From the human T2T-CHM13v2.0 reference genome, Homo sapiens: DNA of 64,000 nucleotides. Every line of letters starts with the position of its first letter. Positions within the stretch are counted from its first letter, which is position 1. Below are positions 55,663-64,000 of the stretch, piece after piece. The translations under genes were made by a program, and so were the position numbers. The stretch is taken from assembly GCF_009914755.1 (NCBI RefSeq), contig NC_060947.1; one strand, given 5' to 3'. The notes beneath the pieces were generated by a model. It was not told where the DNA came from, searched no databases, and saw only the letters and a program-made list of their open reading frames with translations.

Positions 55663-58600
55663 CAGGAGGGAAGAGCAAAATGGTCAGCTAGATGCAGCCA
55701 AGTGAAACAGCTCCCACTAGGACTAAGATGACTAACGTGCTTCTAACAGATATTCAGAGAAGGCACTGAGATTGGATGAAGGGAATACACAGAAGTTGGG
55801 ATGAAGAGGGAGAAACCTGGGGCTTTAAACCAAAAAAGAGTAAAAAAGACAAAAAAGGCATTGCATAATGGTAAGGGTTCAATTCAACAAGAAGTTTGAA
55901 CTATCCTAAATATATATGCACGCAACGCAGATGCACCCAGATTCATAAAACAAATTCTTAGAGACCTTCAAAGAGAGACTGTTACACAATAATAGTGGGA
56001 GACTTTAACACCCCACTGACAATACTAGAACATCAAGACAGAAAATTAACAAAGATGTTCAAAACTTGGACTCAGCACTGGATCAAATAGACCTGATAGA
56101 CATCTACAGAACTATCCACTGAAAAACATCAGAATACACATTCTTCTCATCACCACATAACACATACTCTAAAATCAATCACATAATCAGGATTAAAACA
56201 CTCCTCAGCAAATGCAAAATAACTGAAATCATAACAAACTTTTGGACCACAGCACAATCAAATTAGAAATCAAGATTAAGAAATTTACTCAAAACCATAC
56301 AATTACATGGAAATTGAATGACCTGCTCCTGAAGGACTTTTGGGTGAATAATGAAATAAAGGTTGAAATCAAGTTCTTTGAAACTAATGAAAACAAAGAT
56401 ACAACATACCAGAATCTCTGGGACACAGCTAAGGCAGTGTTAAGAGGAAAATTTATAGCACTAAATGCCCTTACCAAAAAGTTAGAAAAATCTCAATTTA
56501 CCAACCTAACATCACAACTAAAAGAACTAAAGAACCAAGAGCAAACCATTCTTAAAGCTAGCAGAAGACAAGAAATAACCAAAATCAGAGCTGAACTGAT
56601 GGAGATTGAGACACGAAAAACCATTTTAAAAAATGAATCCAAGAGGTGATATATACAGTAGACTACTAGCTGGACTAATAAAGAAGAAAATATAGATGAT
56701 TCAAAGAAACAGAAACAACAGGGGGGATATTACCACTGACAACAAAGAAAGGCAAATAAACATCCGAGAACGTTATGAATACCTTTATGCACATAAGCTA
56801 GAAAATCTAGAAGAAATGGGTAATTTCCTAGACATACACCCTCCCAAGACAGAACCAGCAAAACATTGAATCCCTGAACAGACCAAAAATGATCTCTGAA
56901 ATTGAGTCAGTAATAAGTAGGCTATCTGCCAAAAAAGCCTAGGACCAGGTAGATTCATAGCTGAATTATATCAGATGTACAAACAAGAGTTGGTATCATT
57001 CCTAGTGAAAATACTCCAAAAAAATTGAAGGGGAGGAACTCCTACCTAACTCATTCTTTGAGGCTATGAGGTCAACATCACCCTGATATCAAAACCTGGC
57101 AGAGAGACAATAAAAAAAGAAAACTTTAGGTTAATATTCCTGAGAAACATTGACACAAAAACACTCAATGAAATACTGGCAAACTGAATCCATAAGTGCA
57201 TCATAAAGTTTAGCAACCACAATAAAGTAGGATTTATCTCTGAGATGCAAGGTTGGTTCAACATGTGCAAATCATTAAGTGTGATTCATACATAAACATC
57301 AGTACAGACTAAAACAACATAATGATCTCAATAGATGCAGAAAATGGTTTCTGTAAAATTCAATATTGCTTCATGTTAAAAACTCAATAACCTGGGTAGT
57401 GAAGGAACATACCTCAAAATAATAATAGCCACCTGTGACAACCCCACAGCCAATATCATACTGAATGGGCAAAAGCTGGAAGCATTCCTATTGAAAATCT
57501 GAACAAGACAAGGATGCCCTCTCTCACCACTCTTATTTAAGATAGTATTGGAAGTCCTGGCCAGGGCAATCAGGCAAGAGAAAGAAATACAGTGCATCCA
57601 AATAGGAAGAGAGGAAGTCAAACTACCCATTTGCAGACAACATGATCCGATATCTACAAAACCGCAGTCTTAGCCCAAAAGCTTCTTAAGCTGATAAACA
57701 ACTTCAGCAAATTCTCACGATACAAAATCAGTGTGCAAAAATCAGAAACATTCCTATACACCAACAACAGTCAAGCCAAGAGCCAAATCAGGAACATCTT
57801 CCCGTTCACAGTTGCCACACACAATAAATAAAATATCAATGAACATAGCTAACAATGGAGGTGAAGGACTCTACAAGAACAACAAAAGACTGCTCAAAGA
57901 AATCAGAGATGACACAAACAAATGGATAAACATTCCATGCTCATGGATAGGAAGAATCAATGTTGTTAAAGTGACTGAACTGCCCAAAGTATTTTCTGGA
58001 TTTAATGCTACTCCCAATAAACTACCATTGATATTCTTCATAGAAATAGAAAAAACTATTTTAAAATTCATCTGGGACAGAAAAAGAGCCCAAATAGCCA
58101 AGGCAAACATAAGCAAAAGAACAAAGCCAGAGGCACCATGATACCGAACTTCAAACTGCAGTACAAGGTTGTAGTTTGGTTACAAGGCTACAGTAACCAA
58201 AACAGCATGGAACTAGTACAGAAACAGACACATAGACCAATGGAACAAAATAGAGAACCCAAAAGTAAAGCCACACACCTAAAACCATCTGATCTTTGAC
58301 AAATCTGACAAAAATAAGCAATGGGGAAATGATTCTCTCCTCAGTAAATGGTGCTGGGATAACTGACTAGTCATATGCAGAAGATAGAAACTGGACCTCT
58401 TCCTCACACCATATCCAAAAATTAACTCACGATGGATTAAAGACTTAAATGTATAACCCAAAACTATAAAAAACCTTGGAAGACAACCTAGACCATACTG
58501 TTCTGGACATAGAAATGGGCAAGTATTTCGTGATAAAGACACCAAAAGAAATTGCAATGAAAGCAAAAATTGACAAATGAGATTCAATTAAACTAAAGAG

Positions 58601-59527
58601 CCTTCTGCATGGCAAAAGAAGCTATCAAAAGAGTGAACAGAAAACCCACAGCATGGGAGACAATGTTTGGAAACTATGCATCCAACAAAGGTCTAATATC
58701 CAGCATCAATAATGAACTTAAACAAATCAAAAAGTAAAAAAACAACCCCATTAAAAAGTGGGCAAAGGACATGAACAGCCACTTTTCGAAAGAAGACATA
58801 CATGTGGCCAACAATCATATATAAAAAAGCTCAACATCACTGATCATTATACAAACACAAATCAAAACCACAATGAGATACCATCTTATACCAGTAAGAA
58901 TGGCTGTTATTAAAAAGTCAAAAATTGAAAGATGCTAGCAAAATTGTGGAGAAAAACGAAGGCTTATACACTGTTGATGGGGCTGTAAATTATGTCAACC
59001 ATTGTGGGAGAGTGTGACAAGTCCTCAAAAACCTAAAAACACAAACATCATTTGGCCCAGCAATCCCATTACTGGGTATATAGCGAAAATAATATAAATC
59101 ATGCTATTATAAAGACACATGCATGCATACATTCATTGCAACACTATTCACAATAGCAAATACATAAAATCAACCTCAATGCCCATCAATGGTAGACTAT
59201 ATAAAGAAAATGTGGTACATGTACACCATGAAATACTATGCAGCCATAAAAAGGAATAAAATCTTCTTATTTGCAGGAACATGGGTGAAATTGGAGGCCA
59301 TTATCCTTAGAAAACTAACACAGGAACAGAAAACCAAATACCACATGCTCTCACTTACAAGTGAGAGCTAAATAATGGTAACACATGGACACATAGAGGG
59401 AAACAGCACATGTTGAGTTCTATCGAAGGGTGGAGGGTGGGAGGAAGGAGAGGATCAGGAAAAATAACTAATGGGTACTAGGCTTAATACCTGGGTAACA
59501 AAATAATTTGTACAACAAACCCCCATG
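55663..59527 (+). mobile_element. Older L1PA-type element: ~160 bp of 5' UTR fused to ORF2, lacking ORF1 and the poly(A) tail
   Basis: ORFs 56242-56649, 57731-58141 and 59189-59371 are ORF2 pieces. The 5' start gaagagcaaaatggtcagctagatgcagcc joins ctttaaaccaaaaaag at ~55823. The 3' UTR stops at aaacccccatg. Confidence 0.88.
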
Positions 59528-59529
59528 TT

Positions 59530-61120
59530 TTTGTACTACACATAATGGAAAATGAACAGGAAGGTGTATAGCCAGTGTAAAAATTAATAGCTAGAGCTTT
59601 GCATGGAGCCTCTAGCCCCACTAGATATTTAAACATAAACAATGTCTCTATAGTAATGCAATAACATACTGGCACACTAATACACAGGCAGAAATGAATT
59701 AATAAAGAATTACAAAAGTAGACCCAAGTATATAGTTATATTTATAATATAATGTTGGCATTTTATATCACCAGAGCTAAAAGGGACATATAAATTACAT
59801 TGAGATAATTGGATAGTCATTTTGAGAAAAAAACAATGTCTATATCTCATACCACACAACAATCAAGTACAAATTATTTGGAGATATAAATTTAGCAGAG
59901 AATAACCAAATAAAGAAAGATACCGTGTACAAATTAGAAGAAAGGATGAGTAAAATCTTATAATCTTTGATGTGCAAAAATCTTTCTAACTATAACTCAA
60001 AACCTAGTTTCAATAACAAAAAGGAGTGATAAATTTTACCATATATTAATACATTTATTTAAGGCTAAAATCATAGTAAACAAATTTTGAATTTTTCACC
60101 AAAAAATAATAACTTAAAAGCAAATCTATATTCCAGGTTAACTATTTTCATATTGGAGAGAATAACAAAATAAAATACAAAATAGGAAAGTATAAAATAA
60201 GATAATCCAAAATGTAAAGAAAATACCAAATACATGATATAAAGCTATATAAATGAATTCATAAGGGAAATATCTGTGATAGCTACTTTGAAATACCATT
60301 CTATACCTCTCAAAAATTGCCAATATTCAAAACATTGGTAACATGTTTAGTTGGTAAGAATGTCGGGAAAGCAGCACAATCATATATAGCCATTGGAAAC
60401 ACAATATTATACAATCACTGTAGAAAGAGATTTGATAAATTCTAATAAAACTATACTATAGCATTATATTAATAAACTATACTGTATCTCAATTCTAGGA
60501 ATTTATCCTTAAGTTCTCTCCATGCATATGCACAACTTTGTTCATTGTATCAGCAGTTGTAATTTTAAAATAATAAGAACAATCTATATGGCAAAATATG
60601 GAAAATAGTTTGAACGAATTATGTTACATAAACCATACACCCCAGGAAGAACTATAGCAACCTGATAGAGAAAGTGAGGACAATCTCTATAACCAATATG
60701 GAGTTATTTCCAAGATTGCAGTTAAATGAAAAAAAGCACAAAGAAATATACAAATTAAGGTTTGTGTGTGTACATATATATATATACACCATATATATAC
60801 ATATATGGTGTATATATATATGGTATATATAGGTATATATACCTATAAAAACACACCTATATATGGGTATATATACCTATATATATATATACCTTATATA
60901 TATATACCTATATAATTTAAAAACATTACAAAGTTATATCTGCTTTTTAAAGAAGAAAAACAAAGAATAAGGCAAGAACAAATCAAATTATTTACCTATA
61001 GGCTATAAAGGAGCACCGGGTACAATGTGCAGCTTCTGAGTGTAGCTTTATGCATAGTTTTGTGTTTTGAAGCTATGTTAAGGTTTCACATTTTAAAAAA
61101 TGAAATAAAATAAAGATGGG
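59530..61120 (+). mobile_element. Very old L1M (L1ME-type) ORF2 end and 3' region
   Basis: ctagccccactagatatttaaacata...actggcac and caattctaggaatttatcct are decayed L1 motifs. Confidence 0.55.
60762..60916. repeat. TA-rich low-complexity repeat with internal palindromes
   Basis: (TA)n interrupted by cc/gg, read directly. Confidence 0.9.
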
Positions 61121-61164
61121 TGAAAATACTAAATTTTAGGGGAAAAACCCACAAGTGACCCTAG

Positions 61165-63150
61165 ATGTCTTTCTTCAATGACATGATTGTCTATTTAGAA
61201 AACTCCAAAGACATGATTTTTAAAAATTGAGGCGGGGAACTTAATACAGGATTATGGCAAGTTTGTAGAATACAAGGTTAGTTAAAAAATCAATAGCATT
61301 TTTTATGCCAGAAATCTACAAATGACATGTGAAATTAAAAACAAAATGCCATTTATGTTATAACCAAAAATATTAAATGAATAAGTATAAATCTAACAAA
61401 ATATATACAGGATTTATATGAAGAAAACTACAAAACTCTGTTGAAAGAAATTAAATAAGAAATGAAAAGAGTGAGAATCCATGTTCATCAATAGGAAGAC
61501 TCAATATTGTTAAGATGCCAATTTCTCCAACATAATTCTAATACAATACCAATCACAATCTCAGAAAGCTGTTTTGTTGACATCAACAAATTAATTCTAA
61601 AGTTTATATGGAAAGGCAAAAGTGCCAGAATAGACAGCAAAAGACTGAAAAAGAAAAAAAATCAGAGAACTGATAATACACTACTTTAAGAAATATTATA
61701 ATGATAAGAAACAAAGACAGTGTGGTATTGATTTAAAAAGTGAACAAATTGATCAATGAAACAGTATAGAAAGCCCAGAAATATACCTGAAAAACTATGG
61801 TCAACTGATCTTGGACAGTAAAAAGCAAAGACAATCCAATGGAGAAAGGATAACTTTTTCTACAAATGGTGTTGGAACAAGTAGACATTATATGCCAAAA
61901 AAATGTCTAGACACAGTCCTTAGACCTTTCACACATACACATGCACACACACCACTAAATGGATTATAGACCTAAATATGAAATAGAAAACTATAAAATG
62001 TTGTTTCAAAAATCATAAGAGAAACTCTAGGTAACCTTGTGTTTTGTGGTTACGATGACTTTTTAGATACAACACCAAAAATACTATCCATGGAAGAAAA
62101 AATTAAGTTGCACATCATTACAATAAAAAACTTCTACTCTGTGAAAGATACTGTTAAAAGAATGAAAAGACAAGTCTATAGACATTTTAAAAATATTTGC
62201 AAAGCACTATGTGATTAAAAATAAAACATATTCGAATTATACAAAGAACTCTTAAAAATCAATAATAAAAAAACAAACAACCCAATTAAAAATAGGCAAA
62301 ACATTCGAATAGATGCCTCATCAAAAAATATAGAGATGGCAAATAATCATATGAAAAGATGTGCAGTTTCATATGTCATTAGGGAATAATAAAATAAACA
62401 ATAATGAACTACTCTTAAATACCTATTAAGATAGCTAAAATCCAAAAGACTGACAATACCAAATGCTAGTCAGAATGGGGAGTAACATGAACTTTCATTT
62501 TTTGCTGATAGCAATGCATAATGTTGTAGGCACTTTGAAAGACAATTTGCCGGTATGTTACAAAGGTAAAAATTGTCTCATTATATGGTCCAGCAATTGC
62601 ACACCTACGTATTTATCCAATTAAAATTTATGTCAACAGAAAAATCTGCATATAAAATCTTATAGCAGCTTTAAGTGTAATTGCCCTAAAACAGAAGTCA
62701 CCAAGATAAATGGATGAACAATCATACATTCATACAACAGAATATTATTTAGTGATAAAAAGAAATGAGCAAGCAAGCCATGAAAAGATATAGAAAAACC
62801 TTGAATGCATATTGTAGTGGAATATGAATAGGTAAAGCACAGAGGATTTTCAAGGCAGTGAAAGTGTTGTCTATGGCACTGTATTGCTAGATACATGGCA
62901 TTATTCATTTACAAAACCCAAAACCCAAAGAACTATACAACGCAAAATGTGAGCCTTAACGTAAACTCTGGGCTTTAGTTAATATTAATGCATCAATATT
63001 ACTTCATAAATTGTTGAAAATGTGCCACATTCATGCAAAGTGTTTATAATAGGGGGAAATGTGGATCTGGGGGTAGGGTATGAAGGAACTCTGAAGTAGC
63101 TGCTAATGTTTTTAATTTAAAACTTTTCTAAAAAATAAAGTCTTTAAGAA
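61165..63150 (+). mobile_element. L1MC/L1MD-type ORF2 3' half and 3' UTR
   Basis: ORF 61507-61689 reads IPITISESCFVDINKLILKFIWKGK. The 3' end is aaaacttttctaaaaaataaagtcttt. Confidence 0.78.
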
Positions 63151-63234
63151 ATACAATATGTTGACTCTAATACAATATTTTGAAACCACCTGTCCAGCAA
63201 ATGCTAGTATTAGGATAGACTTTTTTTTTTAACA

Positions 63235-64000
63235 CTCTAAACTCAACAGAAAAGAGCCAAAGAATCCAATTATAATAGGGCAAAAGGCATAAACAGACAT
63301 TTTACTCAAGAGGATATCCACATGGCATATAGTAAATCAAATTGTATTCATCATTAGTCATTAGGGAAATGCAAATAACAACCATATTAAAATATCACAG
63401 CACACTTATCAGAGTGATTAAAAGTAGTGACAATACCAAATGGTGACAATGTGGAGAAAACAAAATACTAATACATTGCTTCAAGCAATGTAAGATGATA
63501 GAACCATTCCGAAAATTTTGGCAACTTTATGGAAAGGCAAACATGTGCCTTCTGTAAAACCGAGGAATTCTATACTTGAATATCTATCCCAGAATTTGTT
63601 TGATTTCATAAAAATTCCTTACATAAATGTTCATAACAGCTTTATTCGTAATATAAAAATTGTAAATAACCAAAATGCAATTCATTAGATGAATTGTTGT
63701 GCTGCAGTTAGCATACATATACTATGGAATATTTCTCAGCAATAAAAAGGACCTATCAAGACACTCAACAACTAGTATTACATTAAAGGTAATTATACTG
63801 AATGAAAAAAATGCCAATCTAAAACAGTTATATACTCAATTATTCCATCTATAAGATATTATGTAACATTCTTAAAATGACAAAATATTAAAAATGAAAA
63901 CAGCTTAGCATGTGCCAGAAGTTAGGGAAGGATGAGGTGACTTGCTATAATGGCAGCAGGAGGGATCCTTTTAATGGATCTCTTCCATATTTTGATTATT
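63235..64000 (+). mobile_element. Old L1M ORF2 end and 3' region
   Basis: aacagacattttactcaagaggatatcc...ttagggaaatgcaaata...actatggaatatttctcagcaataaaaagg. Confidence 0.7.

Overview
This is AT-rich primate (almost certainly human) non-coding DNA made up mostly of nested, decayed transposable elements. I found no intact protein-coding gene, RNA gene or CRISPR array. The supplied ORFs I could place are chance frames or fragments of L1, Alu and LTR elements. Contents: many L1 pieces (old L1M-type to L1PA/L1PB-type), about 11 Alu elements including one AluYa5-type copy, a solo MER4-family LTR, MST and MLT2/HERV-L remnants, and DNA-transposon fossils (Tigger2 x2, MER47-like, MER63-like, and a Ricksha-type MULE with a readable FLYWCH-like and DDE transposase). 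The one gene-derived feature is a processed pseudogene of the PRRC2C 3' end (44747-46585), with a twin-priming inversion and an 18-bp target-site duplication (TSD). I found no credible new biological system. The interesting signals are rearrangement scars: an AluYa5 without a TSD where roughly 2 kb of host L1 is missing, three twin-primed insertions, a ~170-bp micro-inversion across a Tigger2 end, and templated filler insertions. Subfamily names come from my recall of consensus sequences, not from a search. Boundaries of old repeats are approximate.
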